Positions 47,279-57,470 of a DNA stretch of 64,000 nt are shown piece after piece (the first letter of the stretch is position 1; every line of letters starts with the position of its first letter). The notes beneath the pieces are model-generated. The model made no database searches, was not told where the DNA came from, and worked only from the letters and a program-made list of their open reading frames with translations. This DNA is from an uncultured Candidatus Saccharibacteria bacterium (GTDB lineage: Bacteria > Patescibacteriota > Minisyncoccia > GWC2-36-17 > WO2-46-25). The position numbers and the translations under genes were made by a program. The stretch covers positions 924 to 64,923 of the forward strand of contig CAYHUB010000002.1 in NCBI GenBank assembly GCA_964359755.1. The letters run 5' to 3'.

Positions 47279-49969
47279 ATGGAAAAACTTTTTTCGTACC
47301 GTATATATTACTTCTTGTTCGCACTAGCCGGACTTTTTCTGTTTTGCGGAGCGCACTATGCGTACGCGTATATGGCGCCGATAGATTGTGCAGGACCGTA
47401 TCTTCTCGGGCAGAAGTACGATGCATCTCCGCCCCCAACCCCTAAAAACGGTCAATTTGCCTGTGCTATCGGGACGGCAACCGGTGATACGCCGGTACCC
47501 TCGATTCCCTCGGGAAACTTCTATCGCTGCGAGGAAACCATGGCGAACCAGTTGTATTGCCGACATTATATAAATCCGACCACTGATTATTATACCTGTA
47601 CGTATTATGGAACCGGAGCTCATGTCGGAAGCGATTTTTTTCAGAGAATAATATTTGACAATTGCACCTACTCGGTTATTCCACCGACTATTTCGTTTAC
47701 CGCCCCTTCTTCTATTAATTTAGGCCAGTCCGCAACGCTTTCATGGAATGTGACAAACGCGGCAACCTGCACCGCGACGGGAGGGTGGTCCGGTGCCAAA
47801 GCTCTTCCTTCCGGCTCAGAAACGGTAACACCCACCACCACGACGACCTATACGCTATCGTGCACGGGATCAACCACCTTAAGCCAATCGCGCACCGTCA
47901 CGGTCAACATCCCTGACACCACCCCTCCAACCAGCCCGACCAATCTCGCCGCGTTTGCGGTTGCTACGTCCCAGATAAACCTCACCTGGACTGCGTCCAC
48001 CGACACGGGCGGGTCGGGGCTTGCGGGGTATCGTATTGAACGGTGCATGGGAGTGGGGTGCGCGAGTTTTGCCGAAATCGCCACTTCTCCTATTGCAAGT
48101 TACAGTAACATCGGTCTTGCGCCATCCACGAGTTACAGCTATCGCGCGCGCGCGTATGACGGCGCAGGAAATACCAGCGGATATTCCAATATCGACTCCG
48201 ACACCACGCCCGCGCCGGCCGACACCACGCCCCCTTCCGCGCCATCGCTTAGCGGTGTCGTATTTTCTCCCACGCAGATCGATCTTTCTTGGACCGCATC
48301 CACCGACAACGTTGGCGTTACGGGGTATCGCGTGTATCGCAACACCACGCTCATATATACGGCAGGGAGCGCTACAACGATATATTCAGATATGGGCCTC
48401 ATACCTTCCACTTCGTATAGTTATTACGTGTCGGCGTATGATAGCGCGGGAAACGCCACGCAATCTAACACGGTAACTATCGCGACGCCCGCAATACCCG
48501 ACACCACGCCGCCGGTATTTATATTCAATTCTCCCGGCTCGACGCTTCTTGCGGGTACGACGTCTGCGACGCTCGGAGGGACTACGAATGAAAACGCAAC
48601 ATGCCGATATAATGAAAACACCGACACCACGTTTGACTTGATGACGCCATTTAGCACCACGGGAACGACAAGCCATACTAAACTAATCCCGCAACTACCC
48701 TTACAACTGACCGACGGCACCGTGTATTATTATTATGTAAAATGTCGCGATACGGCGCCTATTCCCAATACTAATCCAGTAGGTATTCCGTATATGTTTC
48801 AGGTTGATTCCCCATTGCCCGACACGACGCCTCCTATCATTTCAAACGGATCGCCCTCAGGCGTGCTTGCCGCAGGTACCACATCAGTAACGATGAGCGT
48901 GGTCACCGATGACGATGCGTATTGCCGATATAATCAAGACAGCGATACTACGTTTGACCTTATGACAAATAATTTCACCAGTTCCGATCTTAAAAACCAT
49001 ACGGTACCGCTTATAGGCCTTACCAACGGCTCATCGTATTTGTATTACGTGAGGTGCCAGAACACGCCGGGAGGGTATGCGAACACGAGCGGCTATCCTA
49101 TCTCGTTTGTCATTGCGTTTCCCGCAAACATGAATCCGATGGCATTGATCGTCATAACGCCATCGACATCGGGCACCGCGCCGTTTGCGATATCCGCCAA
49201 CGGAAGCGGAAGCTACGATTCAGACGGAAGTATTGCGCAATATACGTGGAGTTGGGGGGACGGCTCGCCAAACGCGACCGGCGTTGGGTCGTCGCATACC
49301 TACGCCACCGCGGGTACCTACGCACTTTCGCTTAAGGTGGTTGATAATCAAGGCGGCAGCAACACCGCCTACGAGACGATCGCGGTTTCTGCGGCGACCG
49401 TGCTTCCCCCTCCGAGTTCAGTGAATGTGTGCACCGCCGAATGTACGCATACCTCCGACTGCATAGCTCTTTACGGTTCCTCCTCTATCTGCGGTCCTTC
49501 GAAGTTTTGCACCGCGCAAGGGGGCGGCGAGGGCCCGTTCCGTTCTGATTTTTACCTCTCGCGCACCGACGGCTCCATGAGCCAGCAATCGCCCGCCACA
49601 TTCCCCGCGGGAACCGCTTCTGTTATCATGAGCATGAAAACAGACGTGAACGCGGAGTGCCAATATTCGACAGTCAGCAACACGCTCTATGATGCAAGCG
49701 CGATGAAAACATTTACAAGCACCGGCACACTCGATCATTCGGTCACGCTGACCGGCCTCGCAAGTATGACCGCGTCAGCGCACACATACTATGTCCGCTG
49801 CCGCGATCTTGAGAGCGGTATCGTGAATGACACCGATCAAGCCATATCGTTTATTACGGGTGCGCCGATTATTGTGTCGGGTCCGGACCCTTACATGTGC
49901 CTCATTAATGCTGATTTTGTCCGCGACAACATTCCGTATGTGTTTGATATTTGCATGCCGAAACCATGA
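47279..49969 (+). CDS. Large secreted surface protein with FN3, PKD and novel Cys-bracketed repeats (896 aa)
   Basis: Signal peptide; two FN3-like modules (INLTWTASTDTGGSGLAGYRIERC, IDLSWTASTDNVGVTGYRVYRN); three to four repeats of the CRY...TTFDLM...GTTSH...YYYV.C type; a PKD-like module (YTWSWGDGSP...GTYALSLKVVDNQGGSN). Confidence 0.7.
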   Translation: MEKLFSYRIYYFLFALAGLFLFCGAHYAYAYMAPIDCAGPYLLGQKYDASPPPTPKNGQFACAIGTATGDTPVPSIPSGNFYRCEETMANQLYCRHYINPTTDYYTCTYYGTGAHVGSDFFQRIIFDNCTYSVIPPTISFTAPSSINLGQSATLSWNVTNAATCTATGGWSGAKALPSGSETVTPTTTTTYTLSCTGSTTLSQSRTVTVNIPDTTPPTSPTNLAAFAVATSQINLTWTASTDTGGSGLAGYRIERCMGVGCASFAEIATSPIASYSNIGLAPSTSYSYRARAYDGAGNTSGYSNIDSDTTPAPADTTPPSAPSLSGVVFSPTQIDLSWTASTDNVGVTGYRVYRNTTLIYTAGSATTIYSDMGLIPSTSYSYYVSAYDSAGNATQSNTVTIATPAIPDTTPPVFIFNSPGSTLLAGTTSATLGGTTNENATCRYNENTDTTFDLMTPFSTTGTTSHTKLIPQLPLQLTDGTVYYYYVKCRDTAPIPNTNPVGIPYMFQVDSPLPDTTPPIISNGSPSGVLAAGTTSVTMSVVTDDDAYCRYNQDSDTTFDLMTNNFTSSDLKNHTVPLIGLTNGSSYLYYVRCQNTPGGYANTSGYPISFVIAFPANMNPMALIVITPSTSGTAPFAISANGSGSYDSDGSIAQYTWSWGDGSPNATGVGSSHTYATAGTYALSLKVVDNQGGSNTAYETIAVSAATVLPPPSSVNVCTAECTHTSDCIALYGSSSICGPSKFCTAQGGGEGPFRSDFYLSRTDGSMSQQSPATFPAGTASVIMSMKTDVNAECQYSTVSNTLYDASAMKTFTSTGTLDHSVTLTGLASMTASAHTYYVRCRDLESGIVNDTDQAISFITGAPIIVSGPDPYMCLINADFVRDNIPYVFDICMPKP

Positions 49970-52900
49970 AATTTGAAACCTGGAAAACAAAAATAAAAAA
50001 TAAAAAAATACGCATCGCGCTCGCGAGCATGTTTTTGGTCGCCGCAGGCGCGGCACTCGGCGCGATGCCGTTCTATGCGCACGCGAGCACGGTGTTTATT
50101 CCTTTTCCAATTGATGTTGCCAGTTCTAGTACTGCCGGCGTCACCGCATGGACGACATATGCAAATACAGGCGGAGCTATCCCTGCGAGCGCAACCGGCG
50201 TTATTTTGGAAGCTTACGGAAGGATGTGTTGTGTCGATGGTGCCGGTGGGGACGTAGACGGACGTATTAAAATTCGCAAAGATAGCACGTCTTCCGAGTA
50301 CGTGCTTTTACGCGGGAGAGCATCTTCCGGAGGCGACAATGTTGCATGGGTAAATCAAGGGGTGTTTCCTGTCAGTTCAACCGGCACATTTCAATACGCC
50401 GTAGAAAGTCCGGGACTTGACTCGGGATGGAGGATAAAGATAATAGGGTATACCACCGACATTGTATTTGTAGCTCCCGTTCTCATTGGTAGCGGTAGCG
50501 GCACCGATGCCATTTCATGGACAGCATACAACAACGATGGCGGGGTTATTCCTCCCAGCGCAACCGGCGTTATTTTGGAAGCTGAGGCAGCGATGTGTTG
50601 CACTGATGGGGGAGGGGACGTGGATGCGCACATCGTGATTCGCAAAGACGGTACGTCTCCCCAATACGTGCTTTTACGAGGAAGAGCATCTGGCGGAGGC
50701 GACGGTGCCGCTTGGGCAACTCAAGGAGTGTTTCCTGTCAGCTCAGGGGGGGAATTTCAATACGCCATAGAGGCTCCGGGATTTGATGGCTGGCTTGGAC
50801 TTGATGGCGTTACATGGAAGATAAAGATAGTGGGGTATACCACCGACCGCAGATTTATTGCCCCAACCGAAGTCGCCAGCTATACACCATCGTGGTATTC
50901 CATAAGCGGCTCCAATGAGGGTACCGCTCTTCCTGGCTGGACCACCTATACTGATCCAAATGATATCATCCCCTCTAATGCAACCGCTGTTATTTTGCAA
51001 GCGGAAGGAGGGATGGACGGACCAGATGGTGCTATTGATGTGGATGGATATATATTAATCCGTAAAAATAGCTCATCCATGAATCTCACGCTTTTACGCG
51101 GGATATCGTCTTCCGACGGCGACGATATCGCATGGGCAAATCAAGGAGTGTTTCCTCTTAGCCCAACAGGCACATTTGATTACATGGTATTTGCTCCGGG
51201 ATTTCACCACGGATGGAAGCTAAAAATAGTGGGGTATGTCGCCAGCGCGACTCTTCCGTCTATCTGCCCAAACTTCGGTCTTGAACGCACGACGACCTAC
51301 GACCTGCAAAATGAAGCGTACGCGACCGGATATGGCGTTGCCGTGGACAGCAGTAATAATACATACATCACCGGAGATCAATACGCGCCTGCGACGGCAA
51401 GCATGGATATGTATGTCATCAAATACGACCAAGCCGGCAATGTGGTATGGTCTGCCGTATATGATAATGCGGGGGGCAATGAATCGGGATATGGCATCGC
51501 GGTAACGCCAAACGGAAGCGCCGTATATGTGGTGGGAAGCCAGAACGAAAAAGCATTTATACGCAAGTATGATTCAGCCGGATCTTTGGTAACATCATTC
51601 GGTTCCGGCGGGACAGTGGTATATGAATATGGCGCCCAGACCGTCGCGCGCGCGGTCGCGCTTGATACCGCGGGGAATGTGTATGTAGCGGGACATCGGG
51701 GAAAAGCATCAGGGTCGGGCATTGACGCGGTATTGCTGTCATACAATTCTTCCGGATCGCTCCTTTCAGGGTTCCCGGTGATCTACAGCGCTACATATAA
51801 TTCATCCGCGCTCGGCGTTACGGTGTCGGGTTCTTCCGTGTATATGACGGGGTATGTTCAAGTGTCTTCCACAGATACCGATATGTTTGTGGGGAAATAT
51901 ACCACAAGCGGCGCGCTGTCGTGGTCTAAAACGTATCAGAATACAATATCAATCACTATTTTTGGCACAACGATTACCTTACCTGATGAGAATGAAACCG
52001 AAACAGGATATGGCGTGAGCGTGGATGGCAGCGGAAATGTGTTTGTAACGGGATACACCAGCGAAAATGGAGGGCATACCTTTTTGAGAAAATATGATTC
52101 ATCGGGAGCGCTTGCGTGGGGCGAGGTGCGCAACTCCGCCGGCGTTCCCAATGACATGGGGAGGGGGGTGGTAGTCGGAAATTCTGGGAGGATATTTGTA
52201 ACAGGGCGCCAGCAAACAAACAATGAGGACGCGTTTTTGGCGGAATATTATACGGATCAAACGACCCTTGTTACCTACCCTGATTTTTCAAAGGGACCGC
52301 TAAGTTTATGCGCAAACGGTAAAATCGCTTTTGTATATGAAAGAAATGGATCAAGGGCGCGCGTGTATCTTACGACTTTTCCCACAGGCAGTAGTGACAC
52401 TACTACTTGGGTGGGGTTTGGATGCACGGGCGGTGATCCCGGGCATTGGGCCGAAGCCGCCGGCAAAAGAATGTTCTATGATTTTGATTGGAATGATGTC
52501 CCTGCGGAAATAACCGAATTTACCGCGATAGTAGACACCAATGATTCAAATGTAGGCACCAAGGACTGGAAGGGATCGGCGACGTTTTTAAGAAGCGATG
52601 CGGACAAAACGGTTATGGGCGGTGAGTGTTACTGTAGCACTACGTGGGGTACTCCACTCTCTCCTCTCACCATGGATATTCACTGGCACAGCGTGCTTAA
52701 AGGGTTGACTCCCACTACCCTCCCTTATCAAGGCGATAAGGGAGGTATGACGGAGTATAACGAAATGGCGCATGGCATTGCGCAGACCAACTCAACCGTT
52801 TCGGGACACACTACTACTTCTAATGACGTATATGTCGTTGGGTATCAGGCATCTAATGGCGGTTCGGCATTTCTCAATAAATACAGTTGTAATGCGTTAT

Positions 52901-55900
52901 TAGGTCCGGGAGGTGGAGGCGGAGGCGGAGGCGATACCGTGATCGCTGCTTTCACCCCCACGCCGATCAGCGGGACGGACCCGCTCACGGTGAGCGTGGA
53001 CGCACGCGCTTCTTCAGGCACGATAACAAGCTATGAATGGGATTGGAGCTATGACGGCGTTACATTTGATATCGATGGTATGGGCATGCTTGCATCGAAC
53101 GAATATACCGCGCACGGAACATATACGATCGCGTTGAGAATAACCACGGTTGGAAACGTAACCGATATCGATGCGCAAACCATCACTGTTTCGCCAAACC
53201 AGGCACCTATCGCCGGCTTTAAAGTGTGCGATATGGATAACAGTAACTGCGTACCTCCGGCGCCCGAGCCATTTACCGGCGCGTCGCCTCTGCGCGTGAA
53301 TGTAGACGGCGGCGACGGGGCAAGCTACGATCCGGATGAATTACAAGGCGGCTATATCGCATCCTTCAGCTGGGACTGGGGCGACGGGACGGTTTCAGGG
53401 GTCGGCGAGAAAGCAACACACCTGTATTCCACTCCTAAGCCATATACCATCACGCTTACCGTGACGGATAATGGAGGCTTACCGAGCACCGCCGTAACAA
53501 AGAGTGTTTTAGTGACCGAACAATACGTATGCACGTCGGGATCGGGGTCTGGAGGAGTATGTGCGGGATCAACGCCGGTATGCGGTCCCACGGAAACAGA
53601 GGGCGTTACGGCGTGCTATGCGTGTCTTGAGGATACGAGTTGCGGGACAGGATACCAGTGCCTCGGTGCCGCGTGCAACGCAGGCGATATGTGTCTTCCT
53701 GATGCCGCCGGCAATCCTGTCGCGTGTCCTTTGGACGGGAAATGCCCCGAAGCAGTTACTTGTAACCCGCTTGTAAGCGCGACGTGCCCCGATGGTTCGA
53801 CATGCCCCGCAAGCGGAGTTTGCCCGGCGGTGAAAAACATTTGTGCGCTTTCGGGTTCCGGGGTTGATGCGCAATGCTATGTTGAGGAGCAGGGGAGCTG
53901 CGCAATCAATGCCGATTGCACCGAAAGCATTATGGGAGGCGTATGCGAGAGCGGTTCGTGCAGATACGCCCGCTGTTCATACGAAAATTCATTGGCGTGT
54001 ACCACCGCCGCCGATTGCGCGGACAGCGACGGCATTTGCAACGCCGGTGCATGCGTATATATATACGATTGCGCGTACGGCCCCGGCATGGAGGGAGGGG
54101 TAACGGGGTTATACGTCACCTCCACGCCCGACACGATGCCGACGATGCCGATGGGCGTTCAGTCGGACGGGCAGGCGTGCACTCAGCCGACGCCCGACGC
54201 GCCCAACAACTGCGAAGGCATCAACGGATGTCTGTATTACAATTATTATCCCACCACCGGAACACCGATTCCTAATTCAAGTAACAGCGTTGCCAACTGC
54301 GTGAATACGTTTGAAGGAGGCACCGGGTGCATATATTACCAATATTACAGTTCGCTTGCCGTCGCCACGACGCCGGCGACAAAAACCAATTGCTTGCCGC
54401 GCTACGCCGAGAAGTCAAAAAAATCGCCACAGGCGGGCATTCCCGAAGGGTGTTTTGTCGTTGACAAAGGCACCGCGGGAAAGGAATACAACTGTACTTC
54501 AATTGACGGATGTTATTACTATCTCGACGGAAGCGTTGATTGCACGTACACGAAAGCTACCGCGACAGCGTGCACGACAAACGCGCAGTGCGAAGCGGCA
54601 AGTACCGTGCCGCTTATGATCCCCGTGTGCGATACGGGCCTATGCGAATACAAAGGGAACGGGTGCTTTTATGAGCCGAATCCCGAGGGCGCTATTTCAT
54701 GCCCGGGCGCGACCAGACCTGCCACAGGCGGAGATGACTTTGTCCAGTGCACGCTGAACCCCGACGGATTACTTCCCGGGTTTTTGGATACAAGCGGCAA
54801 CGTGCTTAGTTCGTGCAACACGAACGCTGATTGTCCCGCGAATAATATCTGTCTGAACGGCACATGCTATCCGGCCTGTCAGGCAAATGTCGACTGCGCG
54901 ACCGGCGAGCAATGCACGACCACTTGTACTACCTCGATGGACTGCACCGCAGGGCTGATATGCGATGCAAACGTATGCGTACTGCCGCAGTGCGCGGGCG
55001 CAACGCCATCAGGAACGCTGTGGAATGTCACCATGGCGAATCTCGGCCTTACCACTTCCACGGATTCAAATTGCAGATATTCAATCGACAGTGCCACCGC
55101 GTATACCGCAATGATGCCGTTTGCGACCACGAACACGACAAGCCACAGCCAGCAGTTGACCGGTCTTATTGACGGTTCCTACGCATACTATGTGTTGTGC
55201 CAGGAACTATCATCAAGCGTGCTTGCCGGTATGTGCCAGATTGATTTTACGATCGATACGCTCATGTGTATCCCGGGCACGATATGCCCCAACGGCGCGG
55301 TGTGCCCCGCTAGCGGGGTGTGCCCGTCAACGGTCCCTGCGTGCGCGGGCGCGTCCCCCACAGGCAAACTTCCTTTCGGCACGACCTCGACAACGATTGG
55401 GCTTGCCACCGCGCAAGACGCGATATGCAGCTACTCTTTGATAGTGACCGATCCGTATGCAACGATGGCGCCGTTTACCACTACCGGTACGACAAGTCAT
55501 AGCACGAACGTAACAGGTCTGTTTACGGGTGCAAATACCTATTACGCAAAATGCCAAGATGCGGCTGACCCAACTAAAATCACCAATGCGTGTTCGATAG
55601 TATTCGGGGTGGGAGACGATTGCACCTCAAATTTGCAGTGTTTTGGCGGATTTCAGTGCGTGAACGGCACATGCCAGCCGCCGGTGTGCGGGAACGCGTT
55701 GCCGACCGGCGCGCTTACTCCGGGAACTCCGAGCACGACCATCAGCATGACGACCCCCGCGGATGCAACCTGCCGATATTCGATCAATAGCGCTGATCTG
55801 TACAGCGCGATGACTTCATTCACTACGACCGGCACCACAAATCATTCCTCCTTTGTGTCGGGGCTTGTAACGGGGGGAAACACGCATTATGTGCGGTGCC

Positions 55901-56580
55901 AGGATGCGGTGACCAGCGCGGAAAAATTCTGTTCGATTCCGTTCACGGTCGGCGTGTGCAATCAGCAATACAAATGCGAAACAGGGTGGATGTGTATTCC
56001 CAACATCGGGAACGGTATGTGCACTCCGCCGCCGCCGCCATGTGATCCGGGCACGCTGTGCCCCGATGGGCAGATGTGTCCCGTAAACGGAATGTGTCCG
56101 CCGCCGCCGCCATGCGTGCAGGGAGACCCTCTTTGTTCGAACAACTGGTGTCCGCAGGGATCCGTATACAACGCAATCACGGGAGAGTGCGATTACGGTA
56201 ATTACGATACTTTCTGTTCGTTGAATCCCACGCATCCGTTATGTGTTAGTGGGCCATCAGGGCCGAACAGCGCGATCTTATCCGGCATCACATCCTGCAA
56301 CACACTTGGGTATACCTTCACCGGCACGGCGATTACGCCGTCGGGCAATTGCGATCTTGTCGCTATCATCCTCGCCCTGCTTTCATGGATGGCGTGGATC
56401 ATCGCTTTGCTTGCGGTACTCTCGGGTCTGCGCGCGGCGTATCTCTATATCACCTCCATGGGCGACGAGCGCAAGCTTATTCTCGCGCGCCGGTATTTGA
56501 TCTATACTACGATCGGCGTAGGCGTGTCGGTACTGACCTTCAGCATCGTGGCGATAACAAGGGCAATACTCAACATCTAA
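49951..56580 (+). CDS. Giant multi-domain surface protein (2209 aa) with C-terminal pilin-like two-helix anchor
   Basis: Signal peptide; three about-130-aa N-terminal repeats; SBBP-like beta-propeller repeats (GYGVAVDSSNNTYITG...); a Gly9 linker; two PKD-like modules; Cys-rich EGF-like segments; four CRY/CSY-type repeats; a Pro/Cys-rich stalk. The C-terminus LLSWMAWIIALLAVLSGLRAAYLYITSMGDERKLILARRYLIYTTIGVGVSVLTFSIVAI is homologous to the downstream small proteins. Confidence 0.75.
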   Translation: MHAETMKFETWKTKIKNKKIRIALASMFLVAAGAALGAMPFYAHASTVFIPFPIDVASSSTAGVTAWTTYANTGGAIPASATGVILEAYGRMCCVDGAGGDVDGRIKIRKDSTSSEYVLLRGRASSGGDNVAWVNQGVFPVSSTGTFQYAVESPGLDSGWRIKIIGYTTDIVFVAPVLIGSGSGTDAISWTAYNNDGGVIPPSATGVILEAEAAMCCTDGGGDVDAHIVIRKDGTSPQYVLLRGRASGGGDGAAWATQGVFPVSSGGEFQYAIEAPGFDGWLGLDGVTWKIKIVGYTTDRRFIAPTEVASYTPSWYSISGSNEGTALPGWTTYTDPNDIIPSNATAVILQAEGGMDGPDGAIDVDGYILIRKNSSSMNLTLLRGISSSDGDDIAWANQGVFPLSPTGTFDYMVFAPGFHHGWKLKIVGYVASATLPSICPNFGLERTTTYDLQNEAYATGYGVAVDSSNNTYITGDQYAPATASMDMYVIKYDQAGNVVWSAVYDNAGGNESGYGIAVTPNGSAVYVVGSQNEKAFIRKYDSAGSLVTSFGSGGTVVYEYGAQTVARAVALDTAGNVYVAGHRGKASGSGIDAVLLSYNSSGSLLSGFPVIYSATYNSSALGVTVSGSSVYMTGYVQVSSTDTDMFVGKYTTSGALSWSKTYQNTISITIFGTTITLPDENETETGYGVSVDGSGNVFVTGYTSENGGHTFLRKYDSSGALAWGEVRNSAGVPNDMGRGVVVGNSGRIFVTGRQQTNNEDAFLAEYYTDQTTLVTYPDFSKGPLSLCANGKIAFVYERNGSRARVYLTTFPTGSSDTTTWVGFGCTGGDPGHWAEAAGKRMFYDFDWNDVPAEITEFTAIVDTNDSNVGTKDWKGSATFLRSDADKTVMGGECYCSTTWGTPLSPLTMDIHWHSVLKGLTPTTLPYQGDKGGMTEYNEMAHGIAQTNSTVSGHTTTSNDVYVVGYQASNGGSAFLNKYSCNALLGPGGGGGGGGDTVIAAFTPTPISGTDPLTVSVDARASSGTITSYEWDWSYDGVTFDIDGMGMLASNEYTAHGTYTIALRITTVGNVTDIDAQTITVSPNQAPIAGFKVCDMDNSNCVPPAPEPFTGASPLRVNVDGGDGASYDPDELQGGYIASFSWDWGDGTVSGVGEKATHLYSTPKPYTITLTVTDNGGLPSTAVTKSVLVTEQYVCTSGSGSGGVCAGSTPVCGPTETEGVTACYACLEDTSCGTGYQCLGAACNAGDMCLPDAAGNPVACPLDGKCPEAVTCNPLVSATCPDGSTCPASGVCPAVKNICALSGSGVDAQCYVEEQGSCAINADCTESIMGGVCESGSCRYARCSYENSLACTTAADCADSDGICNAGACVYIYDCAYGPGMEGGVTGLYVTSTPDTMPTMPMGVQSDGQACTQPTPDAPNNCEGINGCLYYNYYPTTGTPIPNSSNSVANCVNTFEGGTGCIYYQYYSSLAVATTPATKTNCLPRYAEKSKKSPQAGIPEGCFVVDKGTAGKEYNCTSIDGCYYYLDGSVDCTYTKATATACTTNAQCEAASTVPLMIPVCDTGLCEYKGNGCFYEPNPEGAISCPGATRPATGGDDFVQCTLNPDGLLPGFLDTSGNVLSSCNTNADCPANNICLNGTCYPACQANVDCATGEQCTTTCTTSMDCTAGLICDANVCVLPQCAGATPSGTLWNVTMANLGLTTSTDSNCRYSIDSATAYTAMMPFATTNTTSHSQQLTGLIDGSYAYYVLCQELSSSVLAGMCQIDFTIDTLMCIPGTICPNGAVCPASGVCPSTVPACAGASPTGKLPFGTTSTTIGLATAQDAICSYSLIVTDPYATMAPFTTTGTTSHSTNVTGLFTGANTYYAKCQDAADPTKITNACSIVFGVGDDCTSNLQCFGGFQCVNGTCQPPVCGNALPTGALTPGTPSTTISMTTPADATCRYSINSADLYSAMTSFTTTGTTNHSSFVSGLVTGGNTHYVRCQDAVTSAEKFCSIPFTVGVCNQQYKCETGWMCIPNIGNGMCTPPPPPCDPGTLCPDGQMCPVNGMCPPPPPCVQGDPLCSNNWCPQGSVYNAITGECDYGNYDTFCSLNPTHPLCVSGPSGPNSAILSGITSCNTLGYTFTGTAITPSGNCDLVAIILALLSWMAWIIALLAVLSGLRAAYLYITSMGDERKLILARRYLIYTTIGVGVSVLTFSIVAITRAILNI

Positions 56581-56583
56581 ACC

Positions 56584-56618
56584 TTGAAACGTGAAACGTG
56601 AAACGTGGAACATGAAAC
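56584..56618 (+). promoter_or_regulatory. Five tandem heptamers (TTGAAAC GTGAAAC GTGAAAC GTGGAAC ATGAAAC) at the start of the pilin-like array
   Basis: Read directly from the sequence. The array spans the 31-nt gap after the giant gene stop and reaches the first pilin-like gene's start codon. Confidence 0.4.
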
Positions 56619-57274
56619 ATAGAATTCAAAATTCAAGCGCTGTTTTTTTTGTATGTGCCACAGTCGCGCTGGCGTTTCTTTTTCCGTTGGCTACCGGGGT
56701 GTATGCGGAACCATTTACTCCGGGCCCAACCGGAACGCCTAGTCCCATATTCGAACCTCCCACCGGAGCCACATCGTTTTCCGCTATTGTGTGCAAAGTA
56801 ATCGAGTTTTTTTCCGCAACAATCCTTCCGCCGCTTGCGGTACTGATGATGCTGGTGGTAGGATTTTTGTTCATGATAGGCGGCCAGATGCCTCAGAAAG
56901 CGATTGCCGCGCGAAAAACGCTGTTATACGTTGTCGCGGGAGTGGTATTGCTGTTGCTTGCCCCGGGGATCCTTGGGGTGATTGTTGATATCACAGGAGC
57001 ATCATCTGCATCCTTTACCGCGTGCTCCACGTCAATAACGACCGCGAGCATCATAGCAACGATCGCAGGACTCGTTAATTGGTTCGCGTGGTTCGTTTCT
57101 ATCACCTCCGTCGCGATGGGCCTGTACGCCGGCGCGCTCTACCTCACCGCGCGTGGCGATTCAGCGCAGGTGCTCAAAGCGACAAAAGTGTTTTCCTTTA
57201 CCATTATCGGCATCGCGGTCGCGGTCGTTTCGTTCAGCATTATCGTGCTGACAAAAACGTTCTTCGGGATATAG
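56612..57274 (+). CDS. Secreted protein with two tandem pilin-like two-helix domains
   Basis: Signal peptide ...ATGVYA/EPF. First domain ILPPLAVLMMLVVGFLFMIGGQMPQKAIAARKTLLYVVAGVVLLLL. Second domain VNWFAWFVSITSVAMGLYAGALYLTARGDSAQVLKATKVFSFTIIGIAVAVVSFSII. ATG at 56612; the track uses GTG at 56591. Confidence 0.6.
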   Translation: MKHRIQNSSAVFFVCATVALAFLFPLATGVYAEPFTPGPTGTPSPIFEPPTGATSFSAIVCKVIEFFSATILPPLAVLMMLVVGFLFMIGGQMPQKAIAARKTLLYVVAGVVLLLLAPGILGVIVDITGASSASFTACSTSITTASIIATIAGLVNWFAWFVSITSVAMGLYAGALYLTARGDSAQVLKATKVFSFTIIGIAVAVVSFSIIVLTKTFFGI

Positions 57275-57310
57275 GATCTCCTAAGCATAAGACTACCGCG
57301 CATATTTCTG

Positions 57311-57415
57311 CGCCACCCTCGCCTATAATTCTTTCTTTTATCTTAACGGAAGCGCAGCCCTTCAATAATTATTATATACATAAAGGGCGTGAGAGGATTA
57401 AAGAAGGAGGTGGGG
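57311..57415 (+). repeat. Palindromic intergenic repeat element, copy E
   Basis: The core is identical to copy B. The outer IR cgccaccctcgcc / ggaggtggggggtg is imperfect. Confidence 0.75.
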
Positions 57416-57470
57416 GGTGATGGCTGATACTACTTGAGCGGGAAACCAATCTCGTAATTCAAAATAACAT

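Noticed and set aside
56584-56618. Heptamer array or palindromic repeats as a CRISPR array
   Set aside because: Repeats are 7 nt without spacers (heptamers), or about 110-bp hairpins scattered singly between genes. No regular repeat-spacer periodicity and no cas genes.
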